DNA of 64,000 bases from Cyanophora paradoxa CCMP329 (taxonomy: Eukaryota; Plantae; Glaucophyta). Below, one piece after another: positions 50,864-61,600 of the stretch; position 1 is the stretch's first letter, and each line of letters begins with the position of its first letter. The notes under the pieces are model-generated. The model ran no database searches. It saw only the letters and a list, made by a program, of their open reading frames with translations, and was not told the DNA's origin. The DNA lies in assembly GCA_004431415.1 (NCBI GenBank), contig QPMI01000413.1, positions 1-64,000 on the forward strand, written 5' to 3'. Both the position numbers and the translations under genes were made by a program.

Positions 50864-50891
50864 AAATATCTTCCATATAATTAAAGATACA

Positions 50892-51625
50892 ATGCCGCCA
50901 AAACGTAAAATTGGTGTCCCCGCTGGGGCTATTTCATATTCTGGTGGTGAAAGTAACGGATCTCTTAATACTACACCTATGAAATTCGACGGAGTTAATC
51001 AAGTGAAACCATCGCAACAAGAAGAAGACCCTTTAAACGCCGCTTATGAAGAATCGCCGGCGGATAAAGCACCTCAAACATCACAAAGTGATCAGTTAAA
51101 CATTTCCCCGAAGTCTCGAAGATGAAGGCGGTCGGTGAGGGTGCGCGTCGTATTATCGGTGCCGCCGATGATCGCGGTCTTGGTCTAAAAGATCTCTCCC
51201 TTGCTCGCAAGGGTGAAGGTGTTTCAAAAGAATCAGACAAGGTTATACAATCGATGGCGGGAGAAGTAACTTATAAAGTCGCACCTGCTCAAAACATCCA
51301 CCGAATTCCTAAGGCGCAATGGGATGAAATGACCGCTAAACTAAAAGATCTCGAAGCAAAGTCGAGTGCGCTGGAACAGTATGTAACAGAGAAGAAAGAA
51401 CGCGCTAAAATTAAGGAGATGCTGCGTAAAGAAGTTTTCCGTATGGGCATTACCGGACTGCCCGATAAACAATTTATTGGTAAGAAAGAGACACAAATAG
51501 ATGAGCAAGCGGTGGATGAATTGAAGACAAAGACCCAAAAGGGAACCATAGAACCTGGCGCTACCAAAGCGGAAGTAGAGAAAGCCGTAGCACCAACAGT
51601 TTACAAGCGGAGAGTTTGGCTTTAA
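50892..51625 (+). CDS. Viral hypothetical protein, ~244 aa (two track ORFs joined by one C at 51106-51109), coiled-coil
   Basis: MPPKRK start. TCC CCC GAA GTC TCG AAG ATG restores the frame into ORF 51122-51625. Confidence 0.65.
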
Positions 51626-51652
51626 ATATATCTGATTAATAAAGGATTCTCG

Positions 51653-51901
51653 ATGGACTTTCTCCAAAAGATCATAGAGATGTTTAACCTGCACATTGTA
51701 AGCAATTGTCACAGCGGGTGCTGTGATACAACCGTAGAACTTGGTTTTTCAGATACCGAAGATAATGTAACGGAAGGTAGAGGATCCCGGAGACATTCGG
51801 TAGACTCCACCCATTCAGAAACCGCTACAAATGGTCGCCGTTTTTCCGTTGATCAAAGCGATGATTTACGAAGACAAGCGTTTGAACATCGCGGTAATTA
51901 A
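51653..51901 (+). CDS. Small viral protein with an SxCHSGCC motif, 82 aa
   Basis: Fills the gap in a tightly packed plus-strand gene run. Confidence 0.6.
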   Translation: MDFLQKIIEMFNLHIVSNCHSGCCDTTVELGFSDTEDNVTEGRGSRRHSVDSTHSETATNGRRFSVDQSDDLRRQAFEHRGN

Positions 51902-51925
51902 AATATTTGTAATAAGTATCGGAAA

Positions 51926-52051
51926 ATGCTCGAAGAAGTCTATAATATTATCTTAGCGAAACGTCAGATTTACGCCATTGAATCTGCGATAGAAAAACGT
52001 AGACAAGAGCTTGTCCGGTCGCCAAAAAATGACAACCCTAAAAGTATTTAA
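51926..52051 (+). CDS. Small ORF, 41 aa (below the track cutoff)
   Basis: MLEEVYNIILAKRQIYAIESAIEKRRQELVRSPKNDNPKSI; amphipathic helix with an A-rich start context. Confidence 0.4.
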   Translation: MLEEVYNIILAKRQIYAIESAIEKRRQELVRSPKNDNPKSI

Positions 52052-52103
52052 AGAAACAGCGATATTACAAACTGATAAAATATTTTCTGTGCTGAAAGTA
52101 AGA

Positions 52104-52379
52104 ATGGCTGCTATCGCCGATGATGTTAGCGTAATTGAATTCGAATTCGAAAGTGACAGCGATGAAATTGTTAACTCACCACCAAAGGTTAAACTTAATC
52201 CTAAGAGTGCCGATGGGTTAAATTATCGGATCCGTGAAGTGCTGAGACTGCGAAAGAAGTATGAGGAAGACCCCGAATACCGCGAATTCAAAAAAAAGCA
52301 ATCTTTGGAGAACTATTACCGTCGGAAAGAATTGGAAGGTATCCATAGTGCAAAGCGTGGACGTCCCCGCAAATACTGA
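52104..52379 (+). CDS. Small DNA-binding protein with a C-terminal AT-hook, 91 aa
   Basis: KRGRPRKY end and a basic helix YEEDPEYREFKKKQSLENYYRRK. Preceded by the ATTTAAAG...AAAATATTTTCTGTG motif; followed by hairpin TTACCGAT-GATA-ATCGGTAA (52427-52446). Confidence 0.7.
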   Translation: MAAIADDVSVIEFEFESDSDEIVNSPPKVKLNPKSADGLNYRIREVLRLRKKYEEDPEYREFKKKQSLENYYRRKELEGIHSAKRGRPRKY

Positions 52380-52569
52380 AATGCCGCTATCGCCGCTGAA
52401 ACATCATTACTTATTTTTCGGGCGGCTTACCGATGATAATCGGTAATCGCGTTACAATATCCGGATTTTTTAGCATCGAGAAAAAAATTGTAGGGCATTT
52501 AAAGGTTAGGCGCCAAAAAATGATTAACAAGAAAAATTTTTATCTTTCTTAAAAGTAGAACGTGCCAAA

Positions 52570-54019
52570 ATGTTTAACTCAAAGGAACCTAACAACCTCC
52601 CGATTACTCTCATTGAGAAAGTCTCACGTCCCGCTGTTAAGTATCTCATCGATAATTTCGACAATTTGAAGTATCGCCCTAATGTCGATTCTGTCGCTAC
52701 CCTTACTATGCTCAAAAAGTATATGAATAGTATTCGCCCTAATGGAACTCTCGAAGCGAAATACCACCAATGCAAGCATAACACTGGACGCTATTTTACA
52801 AACCTTTCGCACATCAAGAACAAAAAGCCGAGCCTACAAGGAATGGCGCGCGAATTCCGCCATACTCTCGCTCGTGATAACTATTACGACATTGATATGA
52901 AAAATGCCCATCCTTCTCTGCTTGTTCAGTATTGCAAAATGAATAGCATTGAGTGCGATTTTCTGGATGAGTATGTAAACGGTCGCGACAAAATCATAGC
53001 TAACCTTCTCAAAAAATACCCTGATATCAACCGTGGAGACATCAAAGATGCTTTCCTTTCTGTGATCAATGGGGGCGGTGGTATTAACTGTCCGGAAATC
53101 CAAAAAGAAATGGCGTTTAAGAAAATCAAACAGGAAATCGGAGGTATTCATTCTTCTATCGCAAGCCTCGATGAAAATAGCAAGTTTCTTAGCATCTGCA
53201 AGCGTAAGAAACAATTCAATGTCTTGGGATCTACTGTGAATATGCTTCTTTGCGATCTCGAAAACAAATGCCTTATGGCTCTGTGTGAGTTTCTGGAATC
53301 TGTCAAGGTGAAAGTGGGTGTGCTGGTCTTTGATGGATGTATGGTAGAAAAGACACCTGACCTGACCATAGAGAAGCTTAATGAAATTCTTGTAGATGCT
53401 GAGAAGTATATTCTCAGTTCTACGGGATACAAAATAGGCTTACTTGTGAAACCTATGGACGAAGGCTTTGGGCTTCCCGATCTCGCAACTTTGGAAGCCA
53501 ACGATTTCAAAATTTGTGTTACTGACGCTCACGCTGCGACCATATTCATTGAAGAAATCATTAAGAATGATGTCGTTAATTCAGATGGTCGCTTATTTGT
53601 GAAGACTGACGAGCATCTATGGACGGATGAAAAAGCAAGGGTCGACAACATGCTTTTGAATAGATGCCTCCGATCGAATATTTACCGATCTGATGATAAG
53701 GGAATACATGCCTATACAGCCAATCACTCGGGCGCGAAGAATGTAGTGGCGTGTGCTAAGGCAATGTTTCCTAATCAAATTGGCTTTTACTTGAATACCC
53801 TATGGGGTTCTACTCTCGGGAAAATATGCTACAAAAATGGAGTGTATGATTTCGAAACGAAGAAGCTAACACCATGGGAAAAAGTAGAAGGTGTTTATTC
53901 AACCGTGCGAATTGAGCGTGACCTAATCGTAGATGAAAACGGCTATGTGGTAAAACCGGCTGACGAGCATATTAAGACTCTGTATGATCGGCTTCTACAC
54001 CCAATCTTTGGAGAAGAAA
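52570..54019 (+). pseudogene. TVpol (PolA-like primase-polymerase) fused to a D5-like helicase, truncated before the SF3 NTPase
   Basis: GRYF, SLQGMAREFR, motif A YYDIDMKNAHPSLL, motif B IKDAFLSVINGG, motif C LVFDGCMV, D5_N-like ICYKNGVYDF. After LHPIFGEE the frame runs into non-coding-looking DNA with no Walker A. Confidence 0.85.
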
Positions 54020-54090
54020 ACACACCTGTGGCTCGCTTGCAGGTAGACCCCACCAATTGCGCGCCCTCTTCTTTCCTTCCCCACTACCAT

Positions 54091-54477
54091 TCTCAGTAAG
54101 CCCATTATCCATTTTCAAATTTCTCAGTAAGGCTCAGTAACAAACTATAAAATAGCACTGTATTTTTCAAACATCTAACCTCTCCTTACTGAAACCAATC
54201 ACAAAAACCTACACATAATCTTCTCTCTAATCCCTTACCATTTTCAGTAAGCCCTAAAACCCTCTCTCGATTTCTCAGTAAGGACAGTAAGACCCCTATT
54301 TTTACGAAATGTTCCCGATAGTTTCCAAACTGTTTTCAGTTAGCAAATTGAAAAATAAAGGTGACCCCCACCGATAGGTTAAATCTGGATAAATAAAATA
54401 CGAAATCAAGGTGACCCCCACCGATAGCCTTAATCCGGATAAATCAAATACGAAATCAAGGTGAACCCCACCGATAG
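54091..54477. repeat. CAGTAA(G) iterons and a 50-bp tandem repeat
   Basis: CAGTAA at 54094, 54125, 54135, 54245, 54276, 54285 and inverted at 54186. AAGGTGA(C/A)CCCCACCGATAG at 54358, 54408 and 54458. Confidence 0.85.
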
Positions 54478-54657
54478 AGTATGATGAGTGCGCAAGTTTG
54501 TGCATGAGCAAGCATGCCGAAAATGCCCACCTGCACACACTCGCGACTTCAATCGAAATGTTCCATTTAATGCACTGGAACCACTCGCGCCCCGCCCACT
54601 ATGCAAGATACATGCCTTTCTTATGCATGCTCTATGAAAAACCAATTAATTTAGACT

Positions 54658-54921
54658 TCATTCCTCAGCAACTGTATTATATTCAATTGCTTTCTTCACA
54701 GTTCCCCTTTGGAACGCCTGTAACACAATCGCTTCCTTTGAGGTTGGTATTTGAACTCCACCTGAGATGCAAGAATGGATTTCTTTCTGAACAATTTCTT
54801 CAATTGCAATCCTTGCTCTGTTGTGGGCAGCATTATCGATCCAATCCTGAACAGAGGCAGCACAATATTCCATTCCCAACTTTTCGATATCAGATAGAAC
54901 CACTTGGTAAATATTCGACAT
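54658..54921 (-). CDS. 87-aa protein resembling small phage proteins encoded next to C1q tail fibres
   Basis: EYCAASVQDWIDNAAHNRARIAIEEIV...QIPTSKEAIVLQAF. The resemblance is from memory and was not searched. Confidence 0.7.
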   Translation of the reverse strand: MSNIYQVVLSDIEKLGMEYCAASVQDWIDNAAHNRARIAIEEIVQKEIHSCISGGVQIPTSKEAIVLQAFQRGTVKKAIEYNTVAEE

Positions 54922-54943
54922 TTCCTAAACTACCATAAGAAAA

Positions 54944-55963
54944 TTATACGATGCTTATTAATTCACCTGAGAAGGCTGTTTGACTTGCATAGGAACCGAC
55001 TGAATTTGTAACAAGTGTCACATATTCGTTTTGGGCAAGATTGAGAATGCAAGAGAAACACAGCGCTTTATTTGTTGTTGACACACTGTGAACTTGGGAT
55101 ATGCTCAATCCCCCAGGATCAGCATCATTAACCCTTACAAATAATTCAATTGCAGAAGTTGTGGTTGAAGAAGTGAAAACTGAAAATCGATAGTGTCCCG
55201 CAACAGGTGCTGTGAACCTTCCAGTTGATGTGCTGAATGAGTTGGTATTGTTTACTCGAACTGTTGCCCAGTTTATAAGAACAGCAGAAGTTGTAGCAGT
55301 GTGATTATAGCCGAGTTGAACTGAAAACCGTGGATGTGATGTTTTGAGATAACACCCTGTATTAACTGTCAAACTATTCGCTTCAAGAGTAGCAACAGTG
55401 TTACTATTCCGTTTCAGAAGAAGGTCTACATTGGCTCCTGTATCGATTTCCGGTGTGACAACCTTGTTTGTTGCTGTGATTGTGGACTGTGAGGAAATTG
55501 GTAGTGAAATACCAGCATTTGCTGTTACCAATCCTGTAAAGGTGCTTGTTCCTGTAATACTTACCTGATTTGCTGTAAGGGTTCCATCAATTCTCGCCCC
55601 ATCTCCAATGTAGGCACCTCCACTTCTCACAACAAGAGCAGAGTTATTAATTGTGTTGTCAAAGGTTACTATTTTGGATGTGGTGAACCCTCCTACATCA
55701 TCATATATTGTGGAATCTGAGACTATCTGACCTGATTGAACTTGGTTTTTGTTTGAAACTATTAAACCTGTGGTTCTCACCTTGCCCCCATTGCGATCAC
55801 ATCGAATTTCTTTGCATCTGATCACAGAGTTTTGAGAAAACGAATCGGCTCCTGTCGTTTCAGTGCAAATAAAACCAGGGGTTGCATCTGTTACTGTGTG
55901 ATTGAGTTGATGTAATTTTGGGGCGGCATAACAGAAAACAGGGACAGCTATTTGAGTGGTCAT
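54944..55963 (-). CDS. Fibre protein with a C-terminal C1q-like head (paralog A)
   Basis: NNTNSFSTSTGRFTAPVAGHYRFS...LNLAQNEYV...FSGELI; beta-shaft repeats. Confidence 0.85.
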   Translation of the reverse strand: MTTQIAVPVFCYAAPKLHQLNHTVTDATPGFICTETTGADSFSQNSVIRCKEIRCDRNGGKVRTTGLIVSNKNQVQSGQIVSDSTIYDDVGGFTTSKIVTFDNTINNSALVVRSGGAYIGDGARIDGTLTANQVSITGTSTFTGLVTANAGISLPISSQSTITATNKVVTPEIDTGANVDLLLKRNSNTVATLEANSLTVNTGCYLKTSHPRFSVQLGYNHTATTSAVLINWATVRVNNTNSFSTSTGRFTAPVAGHYRFSVFTSSTTTSAIELFVRVNDADPGGLSISQVHSVSTTNKALCFSCILNLAQNEYVTLVTNSVGSYASQTAFSGELISIV

Positions 55964-55985
55964 ACTTTACATTATGTGGATAATA

Positions 55986-57065
55986 TTATGAAGAGCTGAG
56001 AAGCATACATCCGAAGAAAAATCTGACATTATATTCTATATTACCAGCATCATTAGAAGCAAAAGTTAAAGAGAGACCATCATTAGCTTCAAGGCTTACA
56101 ATAATCTCAAACCCATTATGAGCATACACAGTTGATGATTTATTTAAAGTTGTAACCTCAACTCCAAATGAGCTTCCATTCTTCCGTAAGAAGGTAGTGA
56201 TTATTCCATTTCTTCGAGTATCAGGAATAAAAAAGAATCCACTGAATGAGACTAAATAGTTACCGGAAACAGGTGCGGTAAAAAGCCCTGTTGTGGTATT
56301 GAAATGATTTCCATTGTTGACTATCGCATAAAAGGATTCGGTTAGAATGTAACGAAATGTTTCAGTTATTGACCCATTTGGTTCCTGTTTTGTTGCAAAG
56401 AAACGAGGGTGACTACTTAATTTCAGATACTTGTAGTCAGGAAGTGTGAGATGTTGAACAGTTGTGTTATCTGTTTGAGTAGTTTTTTGAAGAGAAAGAA
56501 TGGTATCCCCATTCCTCTTGTAATTCATGACTATGTCACTCATGTTGTCAATCTCAGGTGTATTTATTCTTGTGGAAAGTGTGAGTGTTCCATACTGAAT
56601 ACTCCCTGAAAGCCCACCATTGAAATTCATATACCCACCAAAACTACTTGTCCCATTCACATTTAATTGATTTGCTGTAACAGTTCCTACCACAATTGCT
56701 CCATCACCAAAGTAGGCACCTCCACTCTTGACTACAAGAGCGGAAGTATTGCTTGTGTTACCAAAAGTAACTATCTGTGCTGTGGTGACTCCACCCACAT
56801 TATCATATATTGCTGAATCCGGGACTACCTGACCTGCTTGAACTTGGTTTTTATTCGAGATTATAATGCCTGTGGTTCTAATCTTGCCTCCATTTCGATC
56901 ACATCGAATTTCTTTGACCCTCAGTATACTGTTCTCTGTGAAAGAGGTATTACTTGTAGTTTCAGTGCAAATATACCCAGGGGTTGAATCAACTACTCCA
57001 TGAGAGGTGCTGTGTAGTGATTTGGCTGCAAGTTCATAGTTTGGGATTTCTAATAGAGAGGTCAT
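55986..57065 (-). CDS. Fibre protein with a C-terminal C1q-like head (paralog B)
   Basis: NNGNHFNTTTGLFTAPVSGNYLVS...LEANDGL...FFGCML. The N-terminal ~130 aa is highly similar to paralog A (KEIRCDRNGGK.RTTG). Likely start MTSLL. Confidence 0.85.
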   Translation of the reverse strand: MTSLLEIPNYELAAKSLHSTSHGVVDSTPGYICTETTSNTSFTENSILRVKEIRCDRNGGKIRTTGIIISNKNQVQAGQVVPDSAIYDNVGGVTTAQIVTFGNTSNTSALVVKSGGAYFGDGAIVVGTVTANQLNVNGTSSFGGYMNFNGGLSGSIQYGTLTLSTRINTPEIDNMSDIVMNYKRNGDTILSLQKTTQTDNTTVQHLTLPDYKYLKLSSHPRFFATKQEPNGSITETFRYILTESFYAIVNNGNHFNTTTGLFTAPVSGNYLVSFSGFFFIPDTRRNGIITTFLRKNGSSFGVEVTTLNKSSTVYAHNGFEIIVSLEANDGLSLTFASNDAGNIEYNVRFFFGCMLLSSS

Positions 57066-57084
57066 CTTTATATTAATCAAATAG

Positions 57085-58653
57085 TTAAATTGCGACAGCT
57101 GTGTAATGAATTGTAACAGTAATGCCTGGTCTGTCGTGTGAACTTAATGGAACTATCTCAAGCTCACACGTGAAATAGCTGCTGTAAACATTTTTAAGAG
57201 TTACAGACATACGATAGTCGAAGGCTGTCTCGTTGTGTTGTATACCCGTTGTTACAATAGGAGGGTTAGCAAAGCTGGCGTTGAATTGGATAGTGAGATT
57301 AAAGCGAGTGTAAGGGTTTGCCCATAGATAAGGAGTATTGTAAACATACTTACCTGCTTGAATTTTCCCATTAAAATATGTATTGAGTTGACTGGAAAGA
57401 TCCGCTTCTGTAATACATCTACTAATAGTCTGATTATTGGAAGGGTTCATAGCATAGAAATTTCTTGCATAAGCATTTCCACGAACAAGTAGGGTCTTGT
57501 CCTGGTAATATGCTATGTTATCAGTGGGAATAGTCGAATTGTGGAAATTCCAAATCACAGGAGGATCAGGCATTATATTTGGGTCATAATCGAGAAAGTA
57601 ACCTGATCCAATAAGAAGGTTTGCATTTGCTGTAATGTTATTAGCTGTAAAGGGATCAAGAGTTGGTCTATTGGTCAAATCGTTGTAGTTACCTGAGAAC
57701 ATCGCGGGTTTATTATAGATATCTGTATTCCAATCATGAGTGTGACCAACTAATGAAATGTTTCCGAGATCTGTTATCTGGTCTTTGGTATGAGTGTGTG
57801 CAAAATCTGTAATCTCTGCCTTGGTGTGGGTGTGACCAACATATGCAACATTTCCGAGATCTAATATCTCAGATTTAACATGAGTGTGAGCGAAATTCGT
57901 AATGTCTGCTCGGGTGTGATAGTGTGCAAAATCTGTTATTTGGGACTTGGTGTGAGTGTGTGCAAAATCTGTGATTTCTGCCTTTGTGTGGGTGTGTGAT
58001 CTATTATTAAGGTCGAGGAAACTCCCCGAAAATGCAACAGGGTGTAGATTTGCTGCGGTGGGTTTATTAATGAGATCATTATAGTCTCCTGTAAATGAAA
58101 CGGTTTTCAGTTCCCCCCTCCCTACATAATCCGAAGGGAGATCGATTTTAATAGGCATTATAGCTGGATCATCTGGGATCACATACTCTCCACCTGTGTG
58201 AACAACAGGGTATCTTCGAATATACATATTGGATGCACCCATGAGAGGTGCCACAATGGGCACATCCGAATTAACGAGATTGCAAGTGATGGAGAAAATG
58301 GTTTTGGGGGCAAACAGATTGCAATCAAAGGTAATCGTGGCGGGATCAATAGTAGGATCGACATTTGAACAGATCTGAAACATCCACCCACCCACACAGT
58401 TGCAATTTAGATTTCGAAAGACTGTTCCCGCCATTGCATCCACATAGCCAATCCCATTTGCTATGTCATATATGTGACCAAACTCGTAACCAAAAATGTC
58501 ATTCCACAGGTTGGAAGCCATAGCTCCCATCACATACCCTTTTAGATCTACTATCAGGTCATTGGATTCACTGGGTATATTGGCATGGGTTATATAAAAA
58601 TTATTATCCAATACCGCATTCTTTATTGTCGTTTCTACTATGGGTTCAGTCAT
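57085..58653 (-). CDS. Fibre protein with HTHTKxxITDF repeats and a C-terminal H-type-lectin-like domain
   Basis: About eight HxH repeats, three F(S/T)G.Y.DL.N(K/R)P-type repeats, and C-terminal IQFNASFANPPIV...KNVYSSYF...IHYTAV. Confidence 0.85.
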   Translation of the reverse strand: MTEPIVETTIKNAVLDNNFYITHANIPSESNDLIVDLKGYVMGAMASNLWNDIFGYEFGHIYDIANGIGYVDAMAGTVFRNLNCNCVGGWMFQICSNVDPTIDPATITFDCNLFAPKTIFSITCNLVNSDVPIVAPLMGASNMYIRRYPVVHTGGEYVIPDDPAIMPIKIDLPSDYVGRGELKTVSFTGDYNDLINKPTAANLHPVAFSGSFLDLNNRSHTHTKAEITDFAHTHTKSQITDFAHYHTRADITNFAHTHVKSEILDLGNVAYVGHTHTKAEITDFAHTHTKDQITDLGNISLVGHTHDWNTDIYNKPAMFSGNYNDLTNRPTLDPFTANNITANANLLIGSGYFLDYDPNIMPDPPVIWNFHNSTIPTDNIAYYQDKTLLVRGNAYARNFYAMNPSNNQTISRCITEADLSSQLNTYFNGKIQAGKYVYNTPYLWANPYTRFNLTIQFNASFANPPIVTTGIQHNETAFDYRMSVTLKNVYSSYFTCELEIVPLSSHDRPGITVTIHYTAVAI

Positions 58654-58690
58654 TATACTCTATTATGGAATACTACAAAAATTAAGGTTG

Positions 58691-61600
58691 TTACATAACG
58701 TTTGGAACATGTTCATATATTCTCCCTTCTCGCTGTGCCATTTCCGCCATAAAGTCTCTATCATTGTTCATCGTTTGCTCTGCCAATTCTTGTGCTCGTG
58801 ATTTTTTGGGTGCTGCCCTATTTGCTGGTGGTCGGTCAGTCCTCACAACACTAAGACCATGCCCCTCGGCTGATCTCACCTCTAAGCCCACATCTCCTTC
58901 GGCTGTTTGGGTCACATTAAGCTCTGGTGTTGAGTATTTATTACCTGCTCCTGCAATGGTTCTGTCTATGCAAGCACAACATAAAGCTCGGAATTTGTAT
59001 GCAAGCACAAGCCCAAGAGCACCGAGAATCGGCAAGAGAATCATAAGCACTAACGTTCCTGGATCTGTTCCCGGTGCCCGACTGGATTTGTAGGATTCGT
59101 GGGATTATTAGGTGGTGTGTTTGGATCTGGATTAGTTGTAGGGGGATCTTGTGAATCGGGATCTGGGTTAGGCTGGTTCGGATTTGGATCATTTGGTGGC
59201 GGCTCTGTCGACCCTGCTAATGATGTTGGCGCTGTGTATGCATTCGCAAACACGATGGGAGCCGTCGCTGGATTTCCTGTGGAGGATCCTGAGATTGCAC
59301 CATAGGTATCTGCGAGATACTTGTATAATTCCTGTGTCACAGGTGGATTGCTCACAGATCGACACACCCAAATATTGCATGTGGTATCATAGACTGTGTC
59401 CCTGATAAAGGGCGGTAGAGCCGTCCCACTGAATGACTCAAAGAGTCCATTTCGCGATAGCAACCTATGTCCTGTATCACAATTTCCACCCTCAAAATAT
59501 TTGGTAGCCGAAATCGCACCTTGCACATAAATATTGCATGTCGAATGCAATCCAATGTTATTTAGGTTAGGAGTGTATCTGTCATCAAGCCGGACAGTGC
59601 ACACCCATGGGGAAGCGGTTTTTATATATTTCTTATCGCCTGCTGTGATCACATCAGTGTTTGGGTGGCTGTCAATTTGGGTAGCAATAGACTCATATTT
59701 GTAAGAGTAATAAACTAAGAGACCATCTGTGGAGGATGTAAAATAAAAGAAGTCTCTCATGAAGTCCGTGGATCCAAAGAAGTCAGCATTGGTCGATGTT
59801 AGGGTGACTCTGGGATAGCTCATGTTGACAGTCTCAGAAGGATATGGAATATAAGAGGTGTAATAGCGATTTAACAGATAATAGTAAAATCCATCTGAGA
59901 CATTCGAGTGAGTGGGCAAGGTGACTGTTAAGGTCTTACTGCGATCCTCAAACGTTTTATGTATGACAATGTTGCAAGTATTAATGTATCGAGAATCGAA
60001 AAAGTAATTATTTGTAACTCGATTATCGATCAGAGTCGCATTGGTTCCATTAAACACGAAATTCTGCCCATTGATCCTCGTAGTGTGAATGTCTGTAACA
60101 TCGAGAGGATACCTTATTTTTAATCGATCTTCGGGGTCAAATCGCGGAATAGTTCCTGTTGCCTTCCAACTGATAGTAAAGGGAGGAGCAAGGGACACTG
60201 CTGGGATAACAGAGAGATTAAATTTCGAAAAATACAACCCAACAGGATACCCTGACAGAGCATATGTCACTGTTGCATTTCCGACAAGTGTGAAGCCGGT
60301 GGTTGTTATGTTAGTTGCAACAAATGGGGAGTAGCCGGCTGGTGCATTTTGAAGTGATGTAGCTGACCCATCATTGACCACATACAAATTCGTGTCTGTT
60401 ATTTCAATAGTAGGAGGGGAAACAAATGGTGTCTCAAATGTGAAATTAAAATTCGCTGGAACCCCTGCAAGATATCTATATGAGACCGATCCTATTTCGG
60501 ATGCCTGGAATACTTTGCTTCCACTCCGCACTACATTACTTGTGTCTTTCACATTGTGGTATGAGATGCTGGGAGTCGGGGAGAGCACCAACGAAATAGC
60601 ATCTGGTAAATCAGACTTTGTAATATACAGTTCTTTAAGATACTCCTTTCTAAAAGGGGCGGTCAGATCTCCAATAGTAGCCGATGAACCTGCGACTACA
60701 ATATTACAGGTGTTTGCACTCAAAGAATAAACTGTGTTCCACCTTAATGAATTCGCACCAAGATCGAAATTCTGTGAGAAGGGCACGATATTGCTACCTT
60801 GTAAATCTCGGTAAACCTTTACTCTGGGTTTGCTATCGAATTCAGGGGTGATATAATTGATGGTAAGAGTGAAACTAATAGTAGCTTCGGAAGTCAATAA
60901 GTTGTTTCGGATGATAAGTAAATTGTATGTCTCGTTAATGACAAACGAAACCTGAAACCCTGTGGAGGTGACATTTTGGATAAATGCTTTATTAGATTCA
61001 TTATTGTTATAGATAGGATTATAATAAGTAGTGTGATCCACCAATGAAACAGTGGGTATATTCGTCTCGAAACCTGTGACACCCAACTGATCCCAAGTGA
61101 ATGTATATGTAGGTTTGCCTACATAAGCGACATAGACCCCATTTGCGAGCTGCTGAGGGTATCCCTCGACAGTGTAGGTCTCAGTTTGCGAAACCGAGCG
61201 GGAAAGGTTACTATTATAGTCGGTGTAGCTGATCAGTGCATTACCATTGGTAAGAATCTGATTAGGTCGGAGTGAGTGATTTAATGGAAGGATTAAATTG
61301 GAGGCAAACATGGAAACTCCATGCACCTCTGACCATCTCAGATTCGATAAACCAACTCGGTATGTGTTGTCAGTCGCGGGGTATATGTTCCTTTTCGACA
61401 GAATATGGGCTAAGGTAATTGCAAGCGCTCCATCTGCTGCAAACAGAGCATTAATTTCTGATTGCAAAGCCGCGATTTCGGTTGTGTGGGTCGTGAGGGT
61501 TCCATCCTGGCTGGAATCTTTGGTGTTCTTGCTCCTTTCAAACTCCAAAAACGCCTTTACGATGTCCTTGCCTAAAAGATCGTTTATATTGTCTCTGGTT

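Larger units (their letters stand above)
43611..54019. mobile_element. Endogenous Polinton-like virus (left part)
   Basis: Sharp GC-to-AT switch, compact intron-less genes, MCP, two pentons, packaging ATPase and TVpol-helicase. No integrase lies within the window. Confidence 0.92.
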
